Shown: positions 36,270-49,502 of the stretch, piece by piece
Position numbering within the stretch: the stretch's first letter is position 1
How the letters are laid out: every line of letters starts with the position of its first letter
Position numbers and translations under genes: made by a program
Notes under the pieces: generated by a model
Database searches by the model: none
The model's input: only the letters and a program-made list of their open reading frames with translations
Told to the model about the DNA's origin: nothing
Assembly: GCA_900088475.1 (NCBI GenBank)
Contig: FLMG01001283.1
Span: 1 to 64,000 of the forward strand
Direction: 5' to 3'
Source: Hyphochytrium catenoides
Taxonomy: Eukaryota > Protista > Hyphochytriomycota
DNA: 64,000 nucleotides

Positions 36270-38929
36270 TTACTGCTTCTCCGTGTCCTTTCTGCTATCT
36301 ACTTCCCCTGGGGTCTCCTGGAGTTGCTGCGGGAGCGTGCCCGAAGCCTCTCCTAGCAGCGCTTCAAGGTTACCCTGACCTTCCTCAGGTGGTGATGCCT
36401 TCGTTGACATTTCTTTTGGCGGCAAAGGCAAATCCAGCACGGATGGCGTCAAGTTTGCTATATCGCTCTTTTCTTTGTCGAGACCGTCCTCACTTGACAT
36501 AAGCTCTTTGTCCGGAAGATGATGAATGCTGGTGCTTCCGTCTTGCTTAGCAGCAGCCTCGGTCAGCTGTGACTTCACAGCTTTCTGGTCACTGCTGTCT
36601 TTTATAGTGGGTTCTGACCGAAGCGGTTGTTTGTCCAGTCCTATCTGGTCGGTCTTCCCAGCATCGCTTGACGGCACGTCTGGGACTACGTATGTTGGTC
36701 TTTCTGAGTTCACGAGGACGATTGGCCGTGGTGGCGGCTTTTTCTTAGGTGGCTTGGGATGCTGCTCGCGGTATTTCTCCTCTTCTTGCTTGAAAAGCCG
36801 GTCGACAATATCATAGAACTGGGTCTTGTAAGGGCCATAGAAGGGATCGTTCACCCTGCTGAACCATCGAGGATCAGAAGCACTCTCCGCTACATCCGGG
36901 ACCAGAAAGTTAAGACCCAACCTAAAGGAGAACTGGTTGTTGTTGTTGAGCAAGGAGCAGGCCAGTCAGCCCTGGATTAGTACCATGACATGGGGAAGAG
37001 GCATAGAGGTAACGGTCAAGCAAAGAGACACACATTATTCATAGTTGGTCTTATTGAAGAAGCGCTTGGGCGGAGAGATTACTAGCAGATGTGTCCCAGC
37101 AACCAACATATTATGGCCCCTGGTCGCAGATGGGTAGTAAGGAAGTCTAGCAGCCCAAGGAGGCAAAGGACAAACTGTGTGGAGAATGGTCTTCGAGCGG
37201 CCAAAACCTACCTCGTAATCCTTCCCAATGCGTGCAGCATGGGCAAACTGTTGAGCAGCTTGGTGGTGGGTGTTGCAGCAGAAGTCGAGCTCATAGTCAT
37301 AAACAGCCTTTAGCCGGGTTACCATATCGGCAGAGGTAAGGGTCCACTTGTACTCGGTGAGCTGCTGCAGCGTCTAAGAAGCAGCAGGACTTAGATGGCC
37401 CCCTAACCGCCGTCATAGTGAAGAAATTGCGACAGAGAGGTGATACAGTCGACACAATTCTCTCCTTCCCTTTCATGACTCTACTAGATCTCGCTCAAGT
37501 ATGGGCTAAGGATGGAGGAGCCTTCATCCTCTCTCGCTACCTCTATCACTTATAGTAGATCGCAATCTTTTGTCTATCGTTACCCTCAAACCTCTCCCCG
37601 CACCCGTCTTCCACAGTCTTCTAAAGCTGCACCTAACTAGGGCGACGGTCCCATACCTCTTTGTCCTTGACAACCAGCTCCATAGGTTTACTGCCACCAC
37701 CACCAGCCGCACTTTCTGCCGCCTGCTGTACGTGACTGTGTTGCCTGTCTGTGGGGCCTGAAGTGACGGTAGTGATCTCTCGACGACGCACCTTGATGTG
37801 TTTCAAGCTTCCATTCCAAGGAGAAGTGGGAAAAGGATTGTTAGAGGCATTGACTAGATCATCATAGATGTGGGTCAATGATGAAACGATGAGGGTCAGA
37901 AAGTACTACGGCGCCTTAACGGTTTACTGGCAGCTGACGGCGTGCTTGCATGCTTATGGAGTTGGGCACACCCGTTATCATCATCCCTCTCGCTCGTCAA
38001 CTTACTATTGCGGTTCAACTCTGTACTCCTTCACTAGAGGTGTGTCTGCCAGCTGCAAAGAGAACGCCAAATCAGCCTGCTTGCCTAGAATAAAGAGCTT
38101 CTGCTCTGCTTGGTGCTTCACTTCCAGCGCTTTTCTCTTTGTGGCCCTATACTGGGCCTTAGACTTGATCGTGGCCTCTTCTAAAGTGTGCACTGTGCGC
38201 TTGTAAGCTTCACTTTGCTTTGCTTCCTCAATCTGATGGGACAGTTTCTCCGCCGCCTGTGAAGACGTCTCTCTCACTGTGTGAAGGAGTTGCGTCGACT
38301 CCTTCTCTAGCTTATCGATATAGGGCTTCGCCCGAGTCTGAACGTAGATGGTGGCCCTACGAGTGGGCTCCTGGGACAACAGAGAAAGAAGCAACTGCTT
38401 TAGGATGATAATGTAGGAAAAGAGTCGAGATGGATAGAAGAGAGGAGCGCGCAACACAGGGAGCAGTATCAAGCCTGTCGTAGCGCTACAATCTAACCGC
38501 TTGCCCCTACTCTTGTCCTTCCTGGTCCTCGTACCACTATCTTCTCCTGCAAAAGCTTGTCTGCTGCTGCAAAAGCCTCTTTTGCTCCATTTACTCCGCC
38601 AGCAGGTCTTGTTCCTGACTCCGCTTCAAGAACTTTGAGAAGTTCTTGAGGCGGCTCTAGAGACGGTAAAGGTCATTAGCAAAAGGACCATTGTCGCAGG
38701 GGATCGAGCAAGGATTGGGCCTTGAAAGGCCATCGAACAGACTACTTATTTCCTGGTGCGCGGAGTCAAGTTCATTATTACCTAAAAGAGGGTCTTTGAC
38801 CTCACTTCCTGCGGGCTTGTTTGCACCTTCCTGGCGCTTACCAGCACCGTCACTAGTCGTCGTGGCTCCGAAGCCTCCTGGAACTGGCTCTTGTTGCTCT
38901 TCTTTCTTCACGGAGGCAGCAGCTCCCAT
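36270..38929 (-). CDS. Uncharacterised multi-exon protein: N-myristoylation-like MGAAAS start, coiled coil, small unrecognised globular domain, disordered C-terminus
   Basis: Exon ORFs 38657-38929, 38005-38370, 37633-37878, 37212-37373 and 36270-36953 can be joined at splice sites. Central NNPFPTSPWNGSLKHIK...FSFRLGLNFLVPDV...DPRWFSRVNDPFYGPYKTQFYDIVD. Confidence 0.6.
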
Positions 38930-41200
38930 TGTAAACAGCTCAGCGAGTAATAGAAGAGCAACCCCGGACTTGTGAGGTTAAATATTGTTCTGGTGCATGC
39001 ACTATAAACATCAAAGTATTGGTTGGATGCTGCGTAATCCTGTCGGTAAGAAGACAGCCCAGAAAACCAGGCTGGCTCAGTTCTTGACGAGAGAGGTGTC
39101 AAGGTCCTTTAGTAGAGACTAATAGTAGATAGTGGAAAGAAGCAGGCAAGAAGACGACGACAGCTGGAGGGACTAGTGAAGCAATGGCCAGCACCACCAG
39201 CAGCTGATCCACAGCACGACTTGCCCATCCTCCGCCTTCAATTGAGGGCCCAAGATTCGTACTGATAGCAGAGTACAGGCAACAGAAGGAAAGCTCATCA
39301 ACAAACTACCTAGTCGCCGCCAGAGGAGAAGAGGAGGAAAGAGGCATCATCCAGCAGAGGGCTACCGAGGGCGGACTGACGCGACGATCGAAGAAGACGT
39401 AAGATAGTCATCAGCCCTTGGCCGACCCAAGTGAGGCCGGCCTTCCTCTTCCCATGGACCACCATCCCCAAGCGATAGGCGGTCGAGGCCGAAAGGAGGA
39501 GGGACACAGAGGGCACCACACAATGAGAATCATCAAGCTCTGTCCGTTACGTCCCGTCCCACAACCCGTTAACGCCAATGTGGCCCCGTCCTTCTCCTGC
39601 TACTCGTAGGATTGTCATCATCATCGCTCTGCTGCTGGCGAGCACTCGGCCACTTTGGTCATCCATTAAATGATGACGAGGATAGCAGACTCTCAGTCGT
39701 GAAGAACTGGCTCAGAGCTACGAGTCTACCTTGGCAGTCCCTATTGGCGGCCCCGCTGCTGCTATATCTGCGGCGTGAAGTACTACTATCGGCAGAAACA
39801 AGCACTATCATCATCTTCGCTCTTGCAAGCACATGATGACCTGTTGCTGCTGCTGGCTTTTCTCCGGCTCCGCCTCCTCTCTTCTTCCTGGATAGTAACA
39901 ACATCTCAAATAGGGCAATCGTCGGGGAGATGGTGTTGGTGGCGATGATGACGTGGGGATGCTCTCCTTCCTACGAGCAATAGTAGAGGTGACTGTCGGG
40001 GCTGTCCTTCGGTCCATCAACCCGCCTTGACTGCTGTGATTTGCAGTGAAGGGAGGAAGGGTCATCAACGCCTCTTGATATAGCGGGCCAGCAGGAGGAA
40101 CATGATTGGACAAGACGCAGAGAGCTCCAGCGCAGAATTGAAAGCTGTCAGCTCTCGTCACCCAGCAGCTTGGGCTGATTGTGGTGGATTCATTTTGTTT
40201 TTGCTTCTGCTCGTGCTTCCGTTATCGCAAGGTCCCAAAACATTCCATGATAATGATCTTCTTAGCGACGCTACTATTCATCAACTCGCTCTTGCTGTTG
40301 TTGCTGCTATTCCTGGTTGTTGCACTAGTCATCTCGGCATGCAGCCGCGGACCCGCCTGGTCTCACTGCTGTGACTGCTGAGAGAGGAATGCCTGGGTAT
40401 ATTATTAATGGCCAACACACTCTCAGGATTCCTGGTGGTGCTTCTTAGGCTAGCTCGTTGAAGCTAAAGCAGCCAGCTTAACAATAGACTGAGGAAGTAC
40501 AAGGGCCCAAGGAGTTTAGTCAGCTTGAAGGTCAAAGAGCTGAGAGAAGCATCTCCTCAGGCTCGTTCTCGCTCTTCCGAGGTGGAGCATTTCTGCACAA
40601 TAAGCTGCAAGCCATCCATATTGCGCGTTCCCTGTTAATGCTAAGAGCTAGAGTGGCGACAGTAGCTCTGTCTTGAGTCTGACTGACCAGGGATCGGTCG
40701 GGTCATAGCATGCCAAAGATGACTTTGTGATCGGCCCATTAAGAGCCTTCCTCAGGATGGCACGGAAGAGTTCCCTCAGAGATGGTGACATGAGGAATAT
40801 CGAGTAGCACTAACATAAAAGGCAGTGCTTAAAGGATGAGTAGAGGATTCTAACAGCTCATGAACCCTCCTCCGCCCCAGTAGTCAGCATCTGTGGACTC
40901 ACTGGTAGAGTGGAGACCAATACCTCGCTCTCGTCTGGTAGGCGTTGCCTCCCATAAAAATCTTGATATACTCTCACTTCCGTATTGAAAGCATTTGAAG
41001 GAGAAAGGAAGCGTTTAGCTCTTACTCTTACAAAAAAAAATGATGTCTCGGACCCAGTAATCACCTTGATGCCTTGCATCTTGTTTCTATTCTTGCATCA
41101 GTCCCTATCATCTTGCTGCCTCAGCCTCTTCTTTAGTCTGCGACTGGTGAGAAAGTTGATGCATGGCACTGCTAAGAGGGCCCGACTTCAAAAGCGCCGG

Positions 41201-42378
41201 TCACTCAGGTGCTCCGGGAAGAATGTTTCGGCACTTGCCTCGGCTGAAGGACGTCCCAGCTGTGCAGCCCATCTCGTCGTCAATAAAAGCCCGCAAACTG
41301 GAGATGCGGCTGTAAACGCCGGGCTGAGAGCGCCCACAGCCAATTCCCCAGGAGGTTAGGCCCACAACAACCGGGATGCTTTGATCCACGAACATTGGGC
41401 CGCCTACTCAAGCAAAGCTTCAGGCTCTAAATGCATGATACGTACAGACAGGCCTTCTTTTAGCGTTGACCATGGTATACCTGAGTCTCCTTGGCAAGTA
41501 TCGACCCCTGGCTTTCCTGCGCAGATCATGACCTCAGGATACAGAACCTTGAAAGTTGGCTCGTAGAGGGCCTTACACCTAGCGCTAGGGACGAGCTCTA
41601 CTTCGCCTTCTAAGAGCTTCGAACTTTCTTTGCCATCTACGGCCGTAGCCCCCCATCTGGATCAAAGCACATGGAAAGAGACAAACCCAGAGTGAGGCAA
41701 TCCCGGAGGAGGCTACCATTGAAAAGCAGAGCCCAAGAGCGTAGAGCTAAACACATCATAAATTTTTTTCTTGCGTCCGAGAGAATGACACTAACCCGAG
41801 AACCTTGAACTCTCGCGGCTGAGACTCGTCAGAGCTCTGGCCATCATCAAGCTCCGGATAAACTAAGAGCTCTGGCCCTCCAGTCACTCTGATCACTGCG
41901 ATGTCATTCTCAGACGTCAACCTATTGTACTTCGGATGTTTAGTAATGCTGGTAACATTCATCCTTAGACCCTGCTCTCTGGTGTCAGACCAATCATGTC
42001 GTTGGGCCTCTACCCACATCTCTGACGCGGTGAAGATGGAGAACAAACAATCTGCCATAAGAGGGCAATAGAGGTCAACTTAGGCTCAAGTCGTGGGTGA
42101 TCATTGAAAGCAAGGGGAGGCTGGATGAACTTACGGGCCGCGGTCAGCACCACATTTTTGCCAATGTATGCAGCTCCGCAGAAAGGACGTTTTCCATAGA
42201 AGGAATATTCTGAGGGGTGGAGAAGTCCAACTGTCCAATTGGTGTACCTAAATGGAGGTGCTTCTGAGCCCCCTACGATAGAGGGCTCAATAGCGGAGAC
42301 GGTGCACCATCCATGTATAGCAACCAGAAGAAGAAGGAGGAGAGTTGGGGCAAGGTAGTATGACGTTCGAGAGAGCAT
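41201..42378 (-). CDS. Secreted trypsin-like serine protease (S1A)
   Basis: Signal peptide; IVGG; CGAAYIGKNVVLTAA|HC; ENDIAVI; VDTCQGDSG|GPM; GLTSWGIGCGRSQPGVYSRIS. The catalytic triad and the S1 Asp are intact. Confidence 0.95.
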
Positions 42379-42392
42379 CTCATAAGCACAGC

Positions 42393-42426
42393 TAAAGATG
42401 TCTGCTATGTAAAGATGTCTGCTATG
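42393..42426 (+). repeat. 17-bp direct tandem duplication (TAAAGATGTCTGCTATG x2) just upstream of the protease ATG
   Basis: Read directly. Confidence 0.9.
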
Positions 42427-43300
42427 TACCGCGTTACACGTGCACTAGAAGGAAGCGAAGTGTGAGCCGAGAGTATGAAGTTTCCTGTGCGATGGAGGCA
42501 CCTTCGTACGAGCTTGGAACAACAACTGAGCTCTTCATGCAGTTCCCTCACCCAGACAGTCAAACTTAGTTAAGATGTATCTTCCTCCTGCAAGCTTCGC
42601 ATGCTGCCCTTGTTCTCCTAGTGAGCAAATAGCTCTGCTGCTGCTAGAGCTACTAAAGGGTCTATCATCTTGGCCTTATTGCCCTTGGTCGTGGCGCTTC
42701 CAAGGCAGAGCTACAATCGGTTCTTGTACTGCAGGAGCACGCCTTTTGCCTGGAGCTCTGCGCATCTGCGATAGAGCTCTGGACTAGAACTACTGTTTTA
42801 TGCTTTATAATTCGGTCATCGTCCATGATGGGTGCTTATTAGTGTTGTAGTTGTACAACGTTAATAGCGAACTACAACGCCGTCACCAAGGAAACATCGC
42901 CTTACAACAACGACGAGGCAGTCAAAGGATACGTGCCTATTTTCGGCTTGTTTCGGCAGCTTCTCGTATTTCAAGTTCAAAGAGCTGTCACAGAGGAGCC
43001 ATAAGGAGCCCGAGTGAGGAAAGAGCGCACGTGATGGAGACTGCCGACGGCAGTAGCAGCTCCTCGCTGAGCCTGCGTGAAGACGGTCAATACTTCCTCG
43101 TTGCGTCCAATGCCGGTGATTTCTTTAGCTGCTGGCCATCACAATGAACTTAATATCCGTCTGAGATTTCCACTGACGCCGCTGATTGGGTCATGTATGG
43201 TCTACGGAGGGATCCAGATTGTCATGGTCATTTAGAACGGCGCCTTTTGGAGGTTGGAGTATACATGGAGCCTCGTCTCTCTCTTTGGTAGCACCAAGCT

Positions 43301-46214
43301 ATGGCAGAGACTGTAGCTTGGAGTGCTAGGAGATCCAAGAGCAATTTGTCTGCATCACACGGTAAGCCCGCAGCTAAGGAGTAGTCGCTTAGACTCTTGC
43401 CTTCTAATGTTCGTGATCTCCTCCTGTTGTCTTGACCACTCGGGAGCTAGATGCTCAACGCAAGCAGCAGTCGCAGTCCCTGGTAGATAGCTTGAATTCT
43501 ACCCGACGTAAGCGCAATCGAACTGAACGACCCGCAGCATCTGGATTGCAGACAGCGACTTCGGTAGCTTACCCTACTGACAGACCTTTAGACGAGCTGC
43601 CGCCAAGGACCTGGTGGCTGAGCCAGGAAGACTGCGGCATCGACGGTCCCTCCCCGCGTCCTCCCCCAAGCTTTAGGGCTGAGCAAGTAGTCGTGACCAA
43701 CAATCACCCTTCTTCCGGCTGCCTCTCCAGCTATGCAGCCGCTAGTTTTAAGCGTCATCTGCCGAGCAAGACACCATTAGGCCTACTGAAAGACGAGACA
43801 CCATCCCCAGAAGAGGTGGGACAGACAGACCATTGTACCGGCCCAGGAACAGCAGCCTGGAAAGCTACACCTCCTGTGGGAGGAAAGATCGTTGACCTGT
43901 GCCCAGAGGAGAAGGAAAAGATCGCAAAGCTTATCAAGGAACTGTTAAAGGTTAGTATCGACTGGTTCGCCGCTCCCTAGACTGCAGCTAGCTCATGAAT
44001 CTGTTCTCTTATATAATTTAGAAAGGTGGAGATTACCGAGCTGTCATGAGGGAACTGGAGGAGGAGCGTCAGCGGCACAAGACAGCGCTAGAGAGGCTGA
44101 AAGAACAGAACTTGCGAATCGCCGAAGAGTCAACCCATATCCTACTCAATCTTCCATCTTCAGGTCGCCTTAGTCCACTTCTCTCTCTCCCTCTCGTTGG
44201 GTCTTCTTGCGTCTCCTTAACTTCTCACACTGTTGAGGGCAAAGCTTAGTGAGAGTGTGGCGATGCTGCGGGCTTGCGAAAAGCGGTTATCTGAAGCCGA
44301 ACAAGTGAAGGGACTGGCTGTTGGTGATAGTGAAGGGGGGACCTCATCTTCCTCAGAGACAGGGCAGCAGACACTGAAAGTATGGAGTTCTATCTATTCC
44401 TCTCTATTCACTTCTGTTAGGGGTCAAGGATGTTATGGTGACCACTCCTTTCAAACTTGACTCCTTTGAGACCCAGTAGTATCCTTGGATTGCTACCATG
44501 CTGCTAAACACTCTTGGATGGCTTAGGAGGAGATTGCAGCGCTGAAGAAACTCGTTGAAAAGCAGTATACCCTCCTGCAGAACTTGAAGAAGGCGGAAGA
44601 GGAAGGACAAGTTGCAGCACACCAGTCATCACAGAAAGCAAGAGGAGTAACGCACGATGAAGTCGCTGAGTCTGTTCAGGTACAGCATCTCATCCTGTAC
44701 TGCGTACTTGGGCCCACTAACAAGCTCCCAAGAGCTCAAGTCCAGAGCTCCCTCCGCTTTCTCCTAGGGTAGATCATTCTTTGAGCTCGAGTGCCTTAAG
44801 CTCTTGTCAGGGGACCAAAGCTCCCCGTAGTCCTTCAGCCAGCAAAGTGGAGAGATCCGGACCTTCTTCGGCTAGATCAGAAAGGAAAGAAACAACAAAA
44901 CCTGATTCTGAGGAGGAAAAGGCAGAGTACCATGGTCTGGACGACCTTACAGCTGATCAATCACTTGATGAAAGGGAAAGAACAGCTTTTGCCTACTTTC
45001 AGAAACTGTTGGCCATCCAGGTACTCCTCCTCTCTGTCCTTTTTTGCCTCCTGTGTTGAACTCTATTTTATTTCCACACTCAGACCATGCGCTCCTCTAT
45101 TTCTCCTCCATCCCAATCTTTCTCCGGGTCTCCTCTTCGTTGTGACTCTCTCTCTTTGGCCGTAGAATCTAGCTCAAACAAAACTAGAACTTAGAAAGCC
45201 TTGTGAAACCCACAGGAGGCCAATTGGTCACCCAGCAGTAAAGTAAAAGCCGGCCTCTCTAGCTTCTCGCAAGAGACGGCCAACAAGTCACCTCATCCTC
45301 AGAAGCAAGAGATTCTGCAACGCGAGAGAGAGGTCGCTAAAGCAGAATGTGCGAAAGACGAGACGCAAAAAGATAGGAAACAAAGTGATCCGTGGTCGCC
45401 TAGAAAGCCAGAGAAGCTCGTCACTCACTGGGAGAGCAATGCGATTCCTCAACCCACCCTAAAGTCCCCGCCTCAAGTGCCGCGGATAAAAGTGCCTCAG
45501 CAAGAGTGTCGCAGCGACAGCGGGCCTTTGCCTTTCCGGGCTCACTCTCTGGACAAAAAAAATGCGCCCAAAAGAGAGAAGGTTGATGGAAGAAGAGCAA
45601 AGAGCTTCTTCAATCGTGGACCCTTCGCGGGACAGAGGTGCGTCTATTAGTTCTACTGTCCATTTATGGTTTGTCTCTGATTGCTGGCCTTCGTAGTCCA
45701 TTAGACGTACTGAGCCTCATTGAGGACTTGGAGGAAGGGAAGGCACAACAAGAGGTGAAACCAAACCTGCATCTCCATCCCGCCCAAGCCCATCAATACA
45801 TCCTCGAGAACCTGCCAAGACCGGCAACACGAGCTGAACAGCGAAAAGGAAGGTCCTGCGTGTCTCAGTCTCCTTCTACCGCGAGCAACTACTCCAGCAC
45901 AGCCTCTTCTGGAGATGAGCTTCCCTCTGGCATTGCTGAGTCTGCCAGTTGGTCTCAGGTCTCCTTTCTCTCCCCGCCCTCCTTCCTCGACTTGCCAAGA
46001 GGCCGCAACAACGGGCGTAGGCATCTCAGTCGACGAAAAGTTATGAAGGTAAATCCCTCACTACTCATATCTCATTCTTGGAAGCAGCATTTCTCATCTC
46101 ACCATGAATCAGTCGCCGTCAAAGCAGTCGCTACGAAGAGACTATGGTGCTGATGCAGACGAGCTGGAGGAAGTTATTAACATCCTGGGCAACACTTCAC
46201 TCATAGATGGCTGA
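43301..46214 (+). CDS. KIAA1328/hinderin-like coiled-coil protein
   Basis: KIVDLCPEEKEKIAKLIKELLK followed by a coiled coil (ELEEERQRHKTALERLKEQNLRIAEEST|LLRAKLSESVAMLRACEKRL) resembles the hinderin motif LKDLCPEDKRRIANLIKELAR. Multi-exon, ATG 43301, TGA 46214. Confidence 0.72.
44137..44230 (+). other. U12-type (minor spliceosome) AT-AC intron, 94 nt
   Basis: 5' end ATATCCTAC; branch site TCCTTAAC at 44214-44221; 3' end ...CACAC. Removing it fuses ORF 44046 with ORF 44233 in frame (C|TG = Leu). Confidence 0.92.
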
Positions 46215-46461
46215 TTGCCGAGAAGAGCGGACATTCTTTGTGACTCGCCTTCACTCTTTATCTTAGTATTTATGGCTCAGAGAGAGATATTTGCCCGTTT
46301 CGCGTCTAACACATATCTCATTACGCAAAGCATGTGAACTTAGGGTGGCCTCAGCTGACCCTTCACGCTCACCCTCTCTCTACTCTCGTAAGCTCGCATC
46401 CGTGTAAGGAGGAGACACAGTCGCTCAAGCTTCTGTTAATAAAGGAGGGAATGCGACGTCC

Positions 46462-49400
46462 TCAGTCTATGGGATCCTCTATGGCTCTAGGTCTGGGGTT
46501 AAGTGAGGGAGTATCCTCGTCATGTTCTATAGCTGCCTTCACACCGGAGCAAACAGCATCTAGTCGATTAGATATTTCAACCTCTCTTTCTGGAAGCTCC
46601 AGTGAGTGGTAGACGTGCAGCAGCTGCTTGAGCATGCTTATCATATTTGGCCTGTCAGCCAGTCTAGACTCCAAGAGCTCTCTTGCCTCGTCCCAGTGGC
46701 TAGACGCGATGGCACGGTCCATGTAGAGCTGTATTGAACGATATGAGCAAGAAGCACAACAAGCAGAGTTAACGAAAGGATGTGGAGGGACTCGAAATAG
46801 TTGACCGAGGATCCAAGAGAGCAGCGACAATGATAATAGATAAAGGATTGCTAAAAAAGGCCAGAGCGGCGTGGGAAGAGATAGACAATACCTCTATGAT
46901 GCAGTCAAGCTGCTCGGAAGAACCGCCCAGGGCTCTTAGCTTGGGCTTCTCGGTCACCGCCGGTCGTAGGAGACGCAGTAACAATGCGTCGTCGCCTCGA
47001 GTGTAGGCTTCGAAAGCCTTAAAAGTCTCAATAACCGCGGGTACTAGACCATAACCAATCAAGCTTAGTCAGAGGAAATAAGTACCAGGCAAAAAGAGAG
47101 AGAGAGAGAGGAGTTCGGGAGCAAAGAGGTCTGGTCTTTTCATAGAGAAGGCGTGGTAGACAGAGTAGACTTTTAGAGAGTGACGAGTGGAAGCTGTTAA
47201 GAGGCTCAAGCAAGGCAAAGGAGTCATGCATAAGCTTGACTTATCCTCACTACCTTCCGTCGAGTCCTCCACCTTCTTTAGATACGCGGGGTCTTCTCTT
47301 CCTAGGTCTACCAGAGCACTCCAAAGCTATTGCCAGGAGAGAAGCCAGACCAGCGAGGCATAACAAAGTAAGGAGTGAGAGCGCATACTCTCGAATATAA
47401 TCTGGCCCATAGGTAGCTTACCAGCACATCGTAGAGAGGGGTTCCTTGCTTCTTCGCGTCCCATTCCTTCGCGTCCATTATCTCCTTTAGCGTCTCTTTT
47501 ATCTCCTGGCGCTTTGCCATGATATGTTCTGAAAAAGCAATGGTCAGCAAATCCCGGTTTCGGTTCTACCTCACAAATGCTGCTCCATCCTTTAATGGGC
47601 TGCCCAGCCTTGAAGCTCCTTTCTCGCTTTCTTACTTCTTCGCTCTCCCTTCTTCTCTCCCTCTCCTTTTCTCTGCTCTTCTCTCTCGTTTATGTACGTC
47701 TCTTTATCTCTGCCTGCTCCTTATCGGAACTTCTGACTCTATACCTTGAGGCATCTTCCACTCGCTCTTGATGGGAAGGTCCTCCATATTCATCCTCAGC
47801 CTAAGTCTAAATATCATTCCGAGTGCGTCCAACTGCACCTCAGAACTCGTGCGGAAGTCTGGAATCCAGATTTTTGTACGAAGGATCCTGAGTACCTCGT
47901 CATAGTTGCCTAGATAGCAGAGCCAAGCCAAAGAGACACTGGTTAGAAAGAAAACTACCGACTAGGAACGACAAAAACGACATAGGTAGAGGTGTAATAT
48001 AGACGTAGCAGACAGAAAGACCAGATATCTTAGGCTGCATGCGTACCCAGTTCGAGCTCAAAGAGGGCGAGATGCCACCAATTGTGTGAGGTCATGAAAG
48101 GCATAAAGTTTGTCCAGTTGGACGAAAAGCTTCGGCTCCATGCTCTTCCCTCCAAAATTTGACCCTAGACGAGTTGACATTGACACTTTGCTGAGGACTG
48201 ATCGGCAAGGAACAATGCGTCTGGAGCCAAAGTGTGACGTGGACCAACTTCTTGGTAGCGTCCTGCCCATGCCCTCTGGTCTTACCTTTGCTAGTAATAT
48301 GTGTGCTTCTGTATGCTGACTCCACGGGTCTGAGGATAGGATTTCTACCCCTTTTTTAGCTGCTACCTCGGCCTCGTTCACACGATCATTCTCTTCCAGC
48401 GCGAAAGCCTAGTCGAAGTGGGATTATAGAGGCTATGAGACGGGAGATCTTTAGGACCTCTCTAGGGAAGAAAGTTGTTAAGGCCAGGTAATGACTGGCT
48501 AGTGAACGTAAAGGGTACTGACAATAATCCTAACCTAGTATGACTCGGACATCTGGAAACTTACATACATCCCCTGGAAGTATTGCTTCTCTTTATTGGC
48601 CTGAATGACAGGCTCTGAGTCTATGATCCCAAGCATGCTTTCTGTATCTCCTCTCAGAAAGGCTAACAGCTGCCCCCTCTTCAATGCAAAGAGGTCGGAT
48701 GGATATGAGGCCACTATCTCTTGGTACAGTTCATAGGCCTTTTGTGTATCATGCTGGAGAAGCCTAAATCCCAAGAGGGGAGAGGAAAAACAGACCACCG
48801 TGAGGAAGATTGGTGAGATAGCAGGTGGAAGAAAGTGCAGGAAGCTAAAAGGTTGTGAGACGTCAGGTGGAAGGAAGTGCAGAAGCTGGTTGGCTTCAGG
48901 AGGTAAGGGCAACGGCTGACACGATGGTGAAGACTGAAAGAGGGGTAAGGGAGAGAAAAAGGAGAGAGAAATGAACAACTAACCATGCCTCACAAGCCTC
49001 GAGCAGAAGGATCTCCCTTTGAGTCACTGCTCGGGTTTGAAGCAAGGACCTTGCCCTCTTTAACGCCTGGACAACATCTTCTTGGGAGCCACTAGATATT
49101 AAATGAATTACCAGCTTAGCCTAACATCATAACCTTTGGACCTGAAGACTGAGGATAGGCTTACTCGACTACGACAAAATCTGCGTACAAGACATGAGCA
49201 GCCAAGCACTCCGGATCTGACCGGACTGCCTTCTCAATTACTTTCCAGTTGTCCCCATATCTCAGCACCTCCTTCACATAGCTGTAGCAGGTCGCCCAGT
49301 AGACCAGCAGCGCCGGGTATCATAACGGCATAACGCAAGGAGGGGAGAAGAGGGGCATGTTAGTAACGCAAGAGAGAAGAAAGGCTTGCCACCATACTCA

Positions 49401-49502
49401 TGTTGATTCTCGTCCGATACGCCGTCCCTTAGCTTACCTGGCAATGGCATCCCGACACTCCTCGGAGTGAGTGCTCCACTCAAGGCCCCACTCGTCCTTC
49501 AT
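46462..49502 (-). CDS. TTC38: Tetratricopeptide repeat protein 38-like
   Basis: MKDEWGLEWSTHSEECRDAIA; PSDLFALKRGQLLAFLRGD; YFQGM|AFALEEND; DPWSQHTEAH; FMTSHNWWHLALF; QLDALGMIFRLRL; LGGSSEQLDCIIE. Confidence 0.85.

Noticed and set aside
39100-40400. Cluster of short overlapping ORFs
   Set aside because: Low-complexity trinucleotide-rich sequence with no consistent frame, motif or splice pattern.
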